A DNA stretch of 64,000 nt from Candidatus Kapaibacterium sp. (GTDB lineage: Bacteria; Bacteroidota; Ignavibacteria; Kapaibacteriales; UBA2268): assembly GCA_963665665.1 (NCBI GenBank), contig OY762428.1, forward strand, positions 4,928,001 through 4,992,000. Reading direction: 5' to 3'. The translations under genes and the position numbers were made by a program. Positions 1-9,229 of this stretch are shown one piece after another; position 1 is the first letter of the stretch; each line of letters opens with the position of its first letter. The notes beneath the pieces are model-generated. The model saw only the letters and a list, made by a program, of their open reading frames with translations. It searched no databases and was not told the origin of the DNA.

Positions 1-174
1 ATATCAAACCTCATGGACAGAGGCATAGGAGCTATTTACTTAAACTCGACTAACACCCCGTTTTCATACAAACCTGATTATGAAACGGAAAACGGATTTC
101 TACGAAGGACCGGCATTTACGTCAGGGAGGACGGATCCGTTTCAACTATCCAGGAATTAGACCTTAGCATTTAA
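1..174 (+). CDS. 3' end of a conserved hypothetical protein (truncated by window edge)
   Basis: Frame 1 is open from base 1 to TAA at 172-174 and reads ...GIGAIYLNSTNTPFSYK...RTGIYVREDGSVSTIQELDLSI*, which is protein-like; start lies outside the window. Confidence 0.6.
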   Translation: MSNLMDRGIGAIYLNSTNTPFSYKPDYETENGFLRRTGIYVREDGSVSTIQELDLSI

Positions 175-253
175 CACTATTTTTCTTGTATAGATTCGGA
201 CAAAAAGATAATTTGCAGCAAATTATTTCTAATTATTAAAAAAAAGAAATATC

Positions 254-727
254 ATGAGTGATTTAATTATCAGACAGTTCGAAGCACTATTAGACGGCGA
301 AAGTGATTTTATAGCCAATGCCGCAAATTGCTCGGCGTTTATAATGGATATGTTCGAAGAGCTAAACTGGGCGGGATTTTATTTTGTAACAGGCGACGAA
401 CTTCTTCTCGGGCCTTTCTGCGGCAAGCCGGCCTGCGTTAGAATAAAAATCGGCAAAGGCGTTTGCGGCGCTTCAGCTTCACGTAAAGAAACAATAGTAG
501 TTGACGATGTTCATGAATTTCCCGGACACATAGCCTGCGATGCCGCTTCAAATTCCGAGATTGTTGTGCCGCTTATTCACAAGGGCGAGATTTTCGGAGT
601 TCTGGATATTGACAGTCCTGTAAAAAACCGGTTTTCAAATAAGGACAAAGAGATTATCGAAGAGATGGCCGGAATCATTGTTAATATCTCGGATATAGAA
701 AAGCTAACAAAGTATTATAAATTTTGA
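254..727 (+). CDS. msrC: GAF-domain free methionine-R-sulfoxide reductase (fRMsr/YebR family)
   Basis: NWAGFY, LLLGPFCGKPACVRI, GKGVCG, HIACDAASNSEIVVP and GVLDIDSP motifs. Confidence 0.88.
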   Translation: MSDLIIRQFEALLDGESDFIANAANCSAFIMDMFEELNWAGFYFVTGDELLLGPFCGKPACVRIKIGKGVCGASASRKETIVVDDVHEFPGHIACDAASNSEIVVPLIHKGEIFGVLDIDSPVKNRFSNKDKEIIEEMAGIIVNISDIEKLTKYYKF

Positions 728-918
728 TTACATGAAATATTTGGAATTTGGATAGTATTTCTTAAATTATAACATGACATGATTTTATTTAAAAATTAAT
801 TGACCGGTATATACTCGAATCCGACTTATTATTTAAGTAAATATAATTATTTTATTATCTTTACTTAAATATTTTTATTAAATTCGGAAAAATATAAACC
901 CCTGATCCGAGTGATATT

Positions 919-2559
919 ATGAGGTCGATAATTATTATTCTGACGATTATTTTATCCATATTGCGGTTAAATTCGCAGATCGTAATAAATGAAATAATGC
1001 CAGCCCCGGAAGGCGGCGAGCCTGAATGGATAGAGATATTCAACAATTCAGATATAGAGAAAAAAATTGAATCAATTACTCTGTCCGACGCTGCAGTACC
1101 AAAACTGCTGCCTGATTTAGTTCTTCCTTCCGGAGAATATGTTGTTCTGTGCCGTGATACTACTGAATTAATAAAAGTAAGAAACATTCCGGAAACATGT
1201 CAATTAATTGAAACAACATTGCCGCAATTCAACAATACTAATGATATGGCTATCCTAAGGGATGCACAAGGAAAAACAATAGATACCATGTTCTATGATA
1301 TGTCAGATTTCGAGAACGGAAAAAGTATAGAAAGAAAAAATTCTTCAAAGCAGGGTTATTCAAAAGATAACTGGGGAGTAGCAATTGACAAAACAGGGGC
1401 TACTCCGGGCAGGAAAAATAGTATCAGCGCTCCGGATACCTCTCTGACTATCGAAATGTCTGTTGAATATAACAGCCAAATTCCGAAATTCAGGATTGAA
1501 ATAAATAACACAGGGCTTATAAGTATTTCAAATCTGATCCTTGAATTAACAATTGATACAAGCTTTACAGGAACAAACTCACTTTTATTGGTAAAAGATA
1601 TTGTTGATATTGAATCCGGGGATAATACAATCAAAGAATATATTTTCGACCTGGCCGATCTAATCGGCGGACTTTATAAATGCCATGCTGCGCTAAAGTC
1701 TTCAGTATCTGCTTTTTGCAGCGCCACAGCCGATGTATATTTCCCAATTAAGGAACATTCCTTAAAAATTAATGAAATAATGTATGATACCGATCGTGCC
1801 GAGTTTTTTGAACTAATCAATATTTCATCATCTAAAATCAACCTGAGAAATTGCAGTTTTGCAGATGAATCAAAATCCGAAAATCCTGTAAATATTGATA
1901 CAAACCTTATCCTGTATCCGAAGAGTTACGGCCTGATTTGCTGGGATCAGGCAGTATTTGATATTATCCCGGAATTTTCAGGATCATCCTCGGTATATTG
2001 TTCAGGTGAAGCAGTTACACTTAATAATTCAGGCGATGAAATAATTATCAGAGATTATTTTGATACCATTATTGATTCAGTTGAGTATTCGGATAAATGG
2101 CATACCGGCGACTTTATTGATACCAAAAATATAAGCCTGGAAAGGGTCAATACCGATTCAGACGCCAATATCCCGGAATCATGGGCAAGCTGTGCTGATG
2201 CCGCCGGCCATACCGCTTTAAGAAAAAATAGCTGCGCTTATAATCCTTCTGCTAAATTTAGTTTGGAAATATCTCCAAATCCGTTTTCCGCCAATATTGA
2301 CGGAAGATGTGAAATCAAATATTCAACAAATTCAAAGGCATGTAATCTTTCGGTCAAGATTTTTAACAGGGCCGGGCAGTGTATGGCAAACCTGAAAAGA
2401 GGTGAATTTTCATCCGGAACCGGCATCCTGGAATGGAACGGGAAAAACGACCAGGGTTATCTTTTGGAGCCTGATGCCTATGTATTATTCTTTGAAATTA
2501 CACCGGAAAATTCAGAAGAAACAAAATTATTCAAGAAAATAATCGTTCTTGCAGAATAA
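919..2559 (+). CDS. Secreted lamin-tail-domain protein with C-terminal FlgD-like/T9SS-type sorting domain
   Basis: Signal peptide; two (I/L)xINEIM...EWIE/EFFE lamin-tail-like repeats, the first ending TPGRKNS; C-terminal ISPNPFS...WNGKNDQG. Confidence 0.75.
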   Translation: MRSIIIILTIILSILRLNSQIVINEIMPAPEGGEPEWIEIFNNSDIEKKIESITLSDAAVPKLLPDLVLPSGEYVVLCRDTTELIKVRNIPETCQLIETTLPQFNNTNDMAILRDAQGKTIDTMFYDMSDFENGKSIERKNSSKQGYSKDNWGVAIDKTGATPGRKNSISAPDTSLTIEMSVEYNSQIPKFRIEINNTGLISISNLILELTIDTSFTGTNSLLLVKDIVDIESGDNTIKEYIFDLADLIGGLYKCHAALKSSVSAFCSATADVYFPIKEHSLKINEIMYDTDRAEFFELINISSSKINLRNCSFADESKSENPVNIDTNLILYPKSYGLICWDQAVFDIIPEFSGSSSVYCSGEAVTLNNSGDEIIIRDYFDTIIDSVEYSDKWHTGDFIDTKNISLERVNTDSDANIPESWASCADAAGHTALRKNSCAYNPSAKFSLEISPNPFSANIDGRCEIKYSTNSKACNLSVKIFNRAGQCMANLKRGEFSSGTGILEWNGKNDQGYLLEPDAYVLFFEITPENSEETKLFKKIIVLAE

Positions 2560-2807
2560 ACACATTTATGAAATAACAATTAACATCTATTAATACTAAT
2601 GAATATTCAATATCATATTATATATAGTAGGCCTGTTCACAACCTAATCCAAACGGCTTCTGATGCGAATTTCAGGTATATCGAAATTATTTTTTACTTT
2701 ATATAATATAGCTATTTATAGAGTCAGTGCAGCCTTATTGGCACAGAAATTGTTAATTATCGGGCAGTGAAAATAAATAAATTTCAGATTGAAACAGGAA
2801 AAACTTG

Positions 2808-3758
2808 ATGGCTGAAAATAATGATTACACTTTCATAGGTATTGATGGCGGCGGAACACATACGCGCGGAATATTGAAAAGAGGCGGGGAAGTTATATCA
2901 ACATCACAAGCAGGAACAACAAGAATCGGAGCAGTCGGGGTGGGCGAATCATGCGAACGAGTGCTCAACATGATAGATGATCTTTGCAGAAAAGCAGAAA
3001 TTGAATCTAATGAAATTGACGCGACAGTTGTAGGCCTTGCCGGCGTCTGGCTTGAAGAAGAGAAAAAAAGATCACAGCACCTTATCCGTACACTTGCTCG
3101 GGGACAGGATATAACATTATCCGATATAATGGTAACCAGTGATGCTGAAATCGCTATCGAGGGCGCTTTTGAAGGTGGCCCGGGGCTGATTATGATAGTT
3201 GGCACCGGATCAATAGCACTCGGTAAAGTTGGAAGAAAGAAAAATCTTGTTCGTTGCGGCGGATGGGGTATTGAACTTGATGACGAAGGCAGTGGTGCCT
3301 GGATAGGTAAGGAAGGCCTGACAGCCATTGTTCGATCACTTGACGGCAGGGGCAAAAAAACTATCCTGACTGACAGATTTGCAGAGATGTACCAGAATAT
3401 TGATATAAAACAACCAAGAACAATTGTAAAAGCTTATGCAGAACGTTCATTTGAATACCATTTGCTTACTCCTACTGTAATGAAATGCGCTGTTGAAGGA
3501 GACGCGGTTTGCCTTGAGATAATTGACAGGGCATCTTTCCACCTGATGGAACTTCTTGAAGCAATCAAACCAAACTTCGATATCCAGAAAATCCCGGTGG
3601 CTATGATGGGCGGCATAATTGATGCCAATACCCTTCTTGCTGATAAACTGAGGGAAAGGATTAACAATCATAAAAAATTCAAGCTTATTGCTCCCAAGGG
3701 TACTCCGCTCGACGGGGCAATTTCAATTGCTCAGCAAAGGTTAGAGGCAAGCCTTTAA
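2808..3758 (+). CDS. BadF/BadG/BcrA/BcrD-family sugar kinase (N-acetylglucosamine/MurNAc kinase-like)
   Basis: IGIDGGGTHT phosphate loop, SDAEIA, VGTGSIA, GGWG..LDDEGSGAWIG; ATG at 2808 follows TTG at 2805. Confidence 0.85.
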   Translation: MAENNDYTFIGIDGGGTHTRGILKRGGEVISTSQAGTTRIGAVGVGESCERVLNMIDDLCRKAEIESNEIDATVVGLAGVWLEEEKKRSQHLIRTLARGQDITLSDIMVTSDAEIAIEGAFEGGPGLIMIVGTGSIALGKVGRKKNLVRCGGWGIELDDEGSGAWIGKEGLTAIVRSLDGRGKKTILTDRFAEMYQNIDIKQPRTIVKAYAERSFEYHLLTPTVMKCAVEGDAVCLEIIDRASFHLMELLEAIKPNFDIQKIPVAMMGGIIDANTLLADKLRERINNHKKFKLIAPKGTPLDGAISIAQQRLEASL

Positions 3759-3780
3759 TAGCAGATAAAAGATTTATTCG

Positions 3781-3810
3781 GGGCTTTATCATAATGATAA
3801 GGCCTTTTTT
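3781..3810 (+). terminator. Probable intrinsic terminator
   Basis: ggctttatca/tgataaggcc stem followed by a T-run just after the kinase stop. Confidence 0.65.
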
Positions 3811-3981
3811 GTTATATAATTAGTAGATTCCGGATATAACAAAGAATAGTTTGAGGCATTATTTACTGAACAGATTCGTAATAAGAAGGAATGATATGGA
3901 TTTTTTTCACTTTTTAGAGTGAATTTGCTTATAATTTCTTAATTTTGAATCTATTGATAACAGATTGGACACGGCAATAAG

Positions 3982-4356
3982 ATGTATGGATATATAGTAC
4001 CGGAAAATCAGCTGGAACTGCTGGATAAAGTAATCAATCAGATGGATGAACTGATAGATTTGATAGTGACTGCCGAGGAATTTGATCCGGTTATTCACCA
4101 AACTGCCGGAAGGGTTATTACTTTTCTTAACAAAATTATTAAACTGATCCCTGAATCAGTTATTATAAATGATATAAATTTTAGGTCTGAAATGATCAAA
4201 GATTATGAGAAAATTGTAAATTCATGGCCCGAAAACAGCTTTCCCGATCCTGCATTTATGGAACTATGGAAAAAATTCAGATATTCATGGGAAAGTTACC
4301 GGGCTCAGGTGGGATCTATGGATGATCCTGACAACATAATAATTTCAATGAATTAG
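3982..4356 (+). CDS. Hypothetical alpha-helical protein
   Basis: 124-aa ORF with natural composition, fills the gap between co-oriented genes; no motif recognised. Confidence 0.6.
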   Translation: MYGYIVPENQLELLDKVINQMDELIDLIVTAEEFDPVIHQTAGRVITFLNKIIKLIPESVIINDINFRSEMIKDYEKIVNSWPENSFPDPAFMELWKKFRYSWESYRAQVGSMDDPDNIIISMN

Positions 4357-4434
4357 TATGCCAAACCCAATTGAAGTATTGATAAATCGTCTTAGTTTTG
4401 GATTTGTAAGAATTAGATAAAACGGAATAAAAAT

Positions 4435-5430
4435 ATGAATAATTTTAACAGAAGGCCCGGATTGGGTATATCATTATTGCCTCCGGTATTAAAAACTTTA
4501 ATTATAATAAATGTGGCAGTATTTTTACTTCAATACATTTTCCTTGATTTTTTCACTATTGGCGGTGCAAATCTTGGGAATATATTTTTTAAATATTTTG
4601 CTCTGTGGCCTGTTTCTGACGGAAGTAATTTTGCCTTGTGGGGCAGTGATACTTACTTTTATGTTTGGCAATTAGTCAGCTATCAGTTCATGCACGGAGG
4701 ATTGTGGCACATTTTACTCAATATGTTCATCCTATGGATGTTCGGTTCAGAGCTGGAAAATCTTTGGGGTTCTGCTAAATTCCTGGGGTATTACCTTATT
4801 GCAGGAATAGGAGCAGGACTTGCACAGTTATTTATTGCACCGATTTTTGCAAGCGCCGGCCCTACAGTGGGGGCTTCCGGTTCTGTTTACGGATTGTTAC
4901 TTGCATTTGGCTTGACTTTTCCGGACAGGCCGGTATTCATGTTTCCTTTCTTTATACCGATACCGGCAAAATTCCTGATACTGATTTTCCTGGGAATGGA
5001 ACTTCTTCTTGGATTTTCAGGTGGTGACGGTGTAGCCCATCTCGCGCACCTTGGCGGCGCTGCAACAGGTTTTCTGTTATTGAAGTTCGGGGATAAACTC
5101 GGAATATATGAACTCATTGAAAAAATATTTAAAAAATCACAAAGCAGGTCTGGTGATAACAAGTGGAGAAAAACAAATTACAGCGAACCCGAAGAGAGAT
5201 ATGACAGTGGTGCAAGGGTTTATAAAGTAAACTGGCAAAAGAAGGAAGAATCTTCACGTTCGTACCAAAATGAACAAAACACAAACTATTCCAAGATGAA
5301 TATTGACGGTGAGGAAATAACACAGGCTAAGATAGATGAGATTCTGGATAAAATTTCTGAAACTGGCTATCAGAACCTGAATGAACACGAAAAGAAGATA
5401 CTATTTGAACTTTCAAAGAAATTGAAATAA
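4435..5430 (+). CDS. Rhomboid family intramembrane serine protease with C-terminal soluble (DUF6576-like) tail
   Basis: HILLNM, catalytic GASG and AHLAHLGG motifs; TM helices; C-terminal IDEILDKISETGYQNL. Confidence 0.9.
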   Translation: MNNFNRRPGLGISLLPPVLKTLIIINVAVFLLQYIFLDFFTIGGANLGNIFFKYFALWPVSDGSNFALWGSDTYFYVWQLVSYQFMHGGLWHILLNMFILWMFGSELENLWGSAKFLGYYLIAGIGAGLAQLFIAPIFASAGPTVGASGSVYGLLLAFGLTFPDRPVFMFPFFIPIPAKFLILIFLGMELLLGFSGGDGVAHLAHLGGAATGFLLLKFGDKLGIYELIEKIFKKSQSRSGDNKWRKTNYSEPEERYDSGARVYKVNWQKKEESSRSYQNEQNTNYSKMNIDGEEITQAKIDEILDKISETGYQNLNEHEKKILFELSKKLK

Positions 5431-5497
5431 AATACTTCATTAATAGTTTTATAAGACTATTAAAGTGGCATTTTGTTTACTTCTTTTCAGGAAAAAT

Positions 5498-6616
5498 ATG
5501 AATTTATATAATAGATCGATTGAAAATAACGGTATTGAATTGAATCCTTTAAAAAAACTCAGAAAAAACACACGCCAGATAAATGTTGGCGGTATATTAA
5601 TTGGTGGCGGAGCACCTGTTTCCGTCCAGACCATGACGAAAACCAAAACAGCAAATATTGCTGCTACTGTAGCTCAGATCAAACGCTGCGAAGAAGCAGG
5701 TGCTGATATCGTCCGTGTTACGGTTAATGACAAAGAAGCAGCAGATGCTATAGGGGATATTGTAAGGCAAAGCAATGTTCCGATAGTTGCCGACATTCAT
5801 TTCAACCATGTGTTCGCTATCAAGGCTATTGAATCCGGCGTGGCAAAATGCAGGATAAATCCTGGAAACATCGGAACACGTGACAGAATTGAACAAGTAT
5901 TAAGCAAAGCGAAAGAAATGAAAACGCCTATCAGAATCGGCGTTAATTCCGGCTCCCTGGAAAAAGATATTCTGGAAAAACATGGAATGCCAACAGCCGA
6001 AGCGCTATTCGAAAGCGCTATGCGGCACGTTAAAATTGCTGAGGAATTTGGCTTTGAAGATATGGCTATTTCTGTAAAATCAACAAGTGTCCCCATGATG
6101 ATCAGCGCCTACAGGCTGCTGTCCGAAAGAACTGATTTCCCTTTGCACCTTGGTGTTACCGAAGCAGGTACAATAACCCAGGGAGCAATTAAATCCGCTG
6201 TTGGTGTGGGAACTTTATTAGCTGAAGGCATCGGAGATACTATCAGGATTTCGCTTACAGACGAACCCGAAAGAGAAGTTGAACTCGGCAGGGATATATT
6301 GAAATCTCTTGGCCTCTCTAAACCCGGACTTGAAATAATATCATGCCCAACCTGCGGAAGGCTTGAAGTAAATCTTTTCGAGATAACAAGAAAACTTGAA
6401 GCGGCCCTGAAAGGTATCAAGAAACCTGTACAAATAGCAATTTTAGGATGTGCTGTGAACGGCCCGGGAGAAGCCAAAGAAGCAGATATTGGACTGGCAT
6501 GTTTCAAGGGAGGAGCAATCCTGTTTAAAAAGGGTGTTAAGGTAGGCAAAGTACCTGAAGATGAAATTGTAAGCAGAGTATTGAAAGAAGTTGAAGATTT
6601 CCAGGTTCCCGCTTAA
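5498..6616 (+). CDS. ispG: (E)-4-hydroxy-3-methylbut-2-enyl-diphosphate synthase
   Basis: PVSVQTMT, ADIHF, RINPGN, RIGVNSGS, HLGVTEAG, CPTCGR, GCAVNGPGE; ATG 5498 preferred over GTG 5465. Confidence 0.96.
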   Translation: MNLYNRSIENNGIELNPLKKLRKNTRQINVGGILIGGGAPVSVQTMTKTKTANIAATVAQIKRCEEAGADIVRVTVNDKEAADAIGDIVRQSNVPIVADIHFNHVFAIKAIESGVAKCRINPGNIGTRDRIEQVLSKAKEMKTPIRIGVNSGSLEKDILEKHGMPTAEALFESAMRHVKIAEEFGFEDMAISVKSTSVPMMISAYRLLSERTDFPLHLGVTEAGTITQGAIKSAVGVGTLLAEGIGDTIRISLTDEPEREVELGRDILKSLGLSKPGLEIISCPTCGRLEVNLFEITRKLEAALKGIKKPVQIAILGCAVNGPGEAKEADIGLACFKGGAILFKKGVKVGKVPEDEIVSRVLKEVEDFQVPA

Positions 6617-6618
6617 TT

Positions 6619-7452
6619 ATGAAATTTATTTTTATAATTGTAAGTTCAATAATTTTAATATCCCCGGTTCCAGAATTATCAGCAGCCGGGGATAGCTGTA
6701 ACGTGGCAGACAGCAGCTACGGCTGGTTTGATACTGTTGGTGAGGATATTAAATCATTTGGTGAAGATGCAGAGTTTGTATGGAATTCATTGGGTGAAAC
6801 CGGGAATAAAGAGTTAATGATTGGCATTGGTGTTAGCGGTGCAGCTTTTGTTACTTATTTACTCGATAGCGAATTTAGTAAAATGCTTGAACGAAATAAA
6901 ACAAGCTGGGCTGATGATTTAACTTCCTACGGAAATGATTACGGACTTAAAGCCAATACCATGATAATAAGCCAGGCTGTTTATATTGGCGGGCTTGCCA
7001 GTGGATGGGACGATCTTAGAGAAACCGGCAGACTATTATATGAATCAATAATCTTAACAGGAATGGTTACTCAAACATTAAAGTTCATTGTTGGACGTGC
7101 CAGGCCCTACGAAGAAAGGGGTGATCACTATTTTACACCTTTTGTATCAAATGGAGATTATCATTCATTCCCTTCGGGGCATACTACCCTTGCTTTCGCA
7201 TTGTCAACCGTAATATCTCATCAGATCGACAGCTGGTGGGCTTATGCCGGATTTTATGGCCTAAGTACTTTAACAGGAATTTCAAGAGTATATACAAATA
7301 AGCACTGGCTTTCTGATATTGTTGTTGGAGCTGCTATTGGAACTGCCGGCGCTTATCTGATAATCAAAGCTAATGAAAAGAACAGCATCCTGCCTAAAAG
7401 CATCGTAGTTGCTCCTACATTAAGCGGGATAAATTTGTCGGCACAGTTCTGA
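6619..7452 (+). CDS. PAP2-family phosphatase
   Basis: KxxxGRARP, SFPSGH and SRVYTNKHWLSD motifs. Confidence 0.88.
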   Translation: MKFIFIIVSSIILISPVPELSAAGDSCNVADSSYGWFDTVGEDIKSFGEDAEFVWNSLGETGNKELMIGIGVSGAAFVTYLLDSEFSKMLERNKTSWADDLTSYGNDYGLKANTMIISQAVYIGGLASGWDDLRETGRLLYESIILTGMVTQTLKFIVGRARPYEERGDHYFTPFVSNGDYHSFPSGHTTLAFALSTVISHQIDSWWAYAGFYGLSTLTGISRVYTNKHWLSDIVVGAAIGTAGAYLIIKANEKNSILPKSIVVAPTLSGINLSAQF

Positions 7453-7458
7453 AATTAA

Positions 7459-7496
7459 GAAACCCCGATCATTACAATTGTAATTGTCGGGGTTTT
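7459..7496. terminator. Hairpin between convergent genes (probable terminator)
   Basis: aaaccccga...tcggggtttt inverted repeat. Confidence 0.55.
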
Positions 7497-7584
7497 CAGA
7501 TTTTTTTCGACCGGAAGAATTTTACATTTATGGCAGGGAACTAACTCTTCCGAAAAAAAAATTTCAAAATCTAGTCAAATGATA

Positions 7585-7863
7585 TTAATATCTGTTGCGG
7601 AAGTTATTTCTGCCGCCGCGATCATTTTTCTGTCTTGCTTCGTTAACAACGATGTTGCGTGAATTCAGTTCATACTCGTTCAATGCTTCAATGGCCTGAA
7701 CTCCGCCGTCCTGTTCCATTTCAACAAATCCAAAGCCTTTCATTCTTCCTGTTTCGCGGTCAGAGATCAATTTTACAGAATAAACTTCCCCGTATTCTTC
7801 AAAAAGTTCTGTCAGTTCGTCTTCGTTTGTGCTGTAAGGCAAGTTGCCTACATAAATATTCAT
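7585..7863 (-). CDS. RRM (RNP-1) RNA-binding protein
   Basis: RNP2 IYVGNL, RNP1 KGFGFVEM, RG-rich tail. Confidence 0.93.
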   Translation of the reverse strand: MNIYVGNLPYSTNEDELTELFEEYGEVYSVKLISDRETGRMKGFGFVEMEQDGGVQAIEALNEYELNSRNIVVNEARQKNDRGGRNNFRNRY

Positions 7864-8406
7864 GTTAAATCCTTAGAAAATAAAATAGAGAAATAAATTT
7901 CCCTGCCAACTGTATGCAATTTAACGAACAAATTGTTAATATCTTGTATTTTTTTTTAAAATTGATAAATTTTTTAATATTTTCTTAAAAATTCGGTAGT
8001 GAATATTTTATCCATATTCAATATAAATATTTATAATGCAAGTAATTAGAGTGATTGCCATGGGAAACAGAGTTGTTTTCCCGGCAATTATTGTTTATTG
8101 AAAGAAAACATTAGGAAGCATACCGAAGCAAAACCATGGAAATTTACCACCGGACTTCTCACCGGTTTGTAGTAAATGAATTATTTAATATCCTTTGCTT
8201 CCGAAAATTGGATTTAGTAAATAACAACAAAACAAGGCAAGAATATTTATATTATCTTCATCTTATTAAAAATGAAATATTTATATAAATGTATCGTAGA
8301 TTGTAAATAAGTGTAAACGAAATTAATATTACTATTCAGCAATATTATTCAAATCGATCGTCTATACACGAAAAGAAAATTTATTTAAATAACACGAGGT
8401 ATTGAG

Positions 8407-8766
8407 ATGGCAGAGCATCTGACAAAACAGACATTTTTAGAAAAAGTATTTAATTACGAACAGAACAACGAGTGGAAATTCGAGGGAGACCTCCCCTGTG
8501 TAATAGATTTCTATGCTGACTGGTGCGGACCTTGCAAAATGGTGGCACCTATAATGGAAGAACTTTCAGAAGATTATGCCGGTAAAGTAAACATCTTTAA
8601 GATCAATACTGAACAGGAACAGGAGCTTGCAGGAGCTTTTGGAATTACAAGCATACCCTCTGTACTTTTCTGCCCGAAAGACGACAAACCGCGTATGGCA
8701 GTTGGCGCACTTCCGAAAGAAGGCTATGAAAAAGCTATTGAAGACGTACTTGGCGTGAAAAAATAA
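8407..8766 (+). CDS. trxA: Thioredoxin
   Basis: DFYADWCGPC active site, SIPS cis-Pro loop; GAGG RBS upstream. Confidence 0.93.
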   Translation: MAEHLTKQTFLEKVFNYEQNNEWKFEGDLPCVIDFYADWCGPCKMVAPIMEELSEDYAGKVNIFKINTEQEQELAGAFGITSIPSVLFCPKDDKPRMAVGALPKEGYEKAIEDVLGVKK

Positions 8767-8767
8767 T

Positions 8768-8977
8768 ATGGCAGTCCTGAAAATATCTTTGGGAATAATA
8801 CTCGGCGCCATAGCCGGATATGCATACTATTACTACATTGGATGCAACGGTGGTTCGTGTCCGCTTACATCCAACTGGATGATTACAACTGCTTACGGCG
8901 CTGCTGCAGGGCTTATTTTGGCCCTTCCCGGAAAGAAGAAAAACAAAGACAATACCGTGGGTAAACAAAATGATTGA
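8768..8977 (+). CDS. Small membrane protein (DUF6132-like) in the thioredoxin operon
   Basis: Two TM helices flanking IGCxxGSCPLTS; 1-nt gap after trxA. Confidence 0.7.
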   Translation: MAVLKISLGIILGAIAGYAYYYYIGCNGGSCPLTSNWMITTAYGAAAGLILALPGKKKNKDNTVGKQND

Positions 8978-9167
8978 CAGAAAAGTAGAAATAGAAGACC
9001 TGGTTACTGATATACCGGATTCGGTAACATATCTGATGCAGGAAGGTATTCGCTGCCTTCGGTGTGGCGAGCCAATCTGGGGCACACTTGAATCAGCAGC
9101 ACGCGAAAAAGGTTTTTCCGAAGAAGATATTGACAGATTCGTCAAAGAAATAAACGATTTGATTTAA
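8970..9167 (+). CDS. DUF1858-like small Cys-containing protein
   Basis: GIRCLRCGEPIWGTLESAAREKG; overlaps the preceding stop. Confidence 0.7.
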   Translation: MIDRKVEIEDLVTDIPDSVTYLMQEGIRCLRCGEPIWGTLESAAREKGFSEEDIDRFVKEINDLI

Positions 9168-9188
9168 CTCCTGAATAGTGTGAATGAT

Positions 9189-9216
9189 AAAGGCCTCCGT
9201 TCGCGGGGGCTTTTTT
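9189..9216. terminator. Probable terminator between convergent genes
   Basis: aaggcctccg/cgggggcttt stem with T-run. Confidence 0.6.
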
Positions 9217-9229
9217 ATTTTCGACAGCA

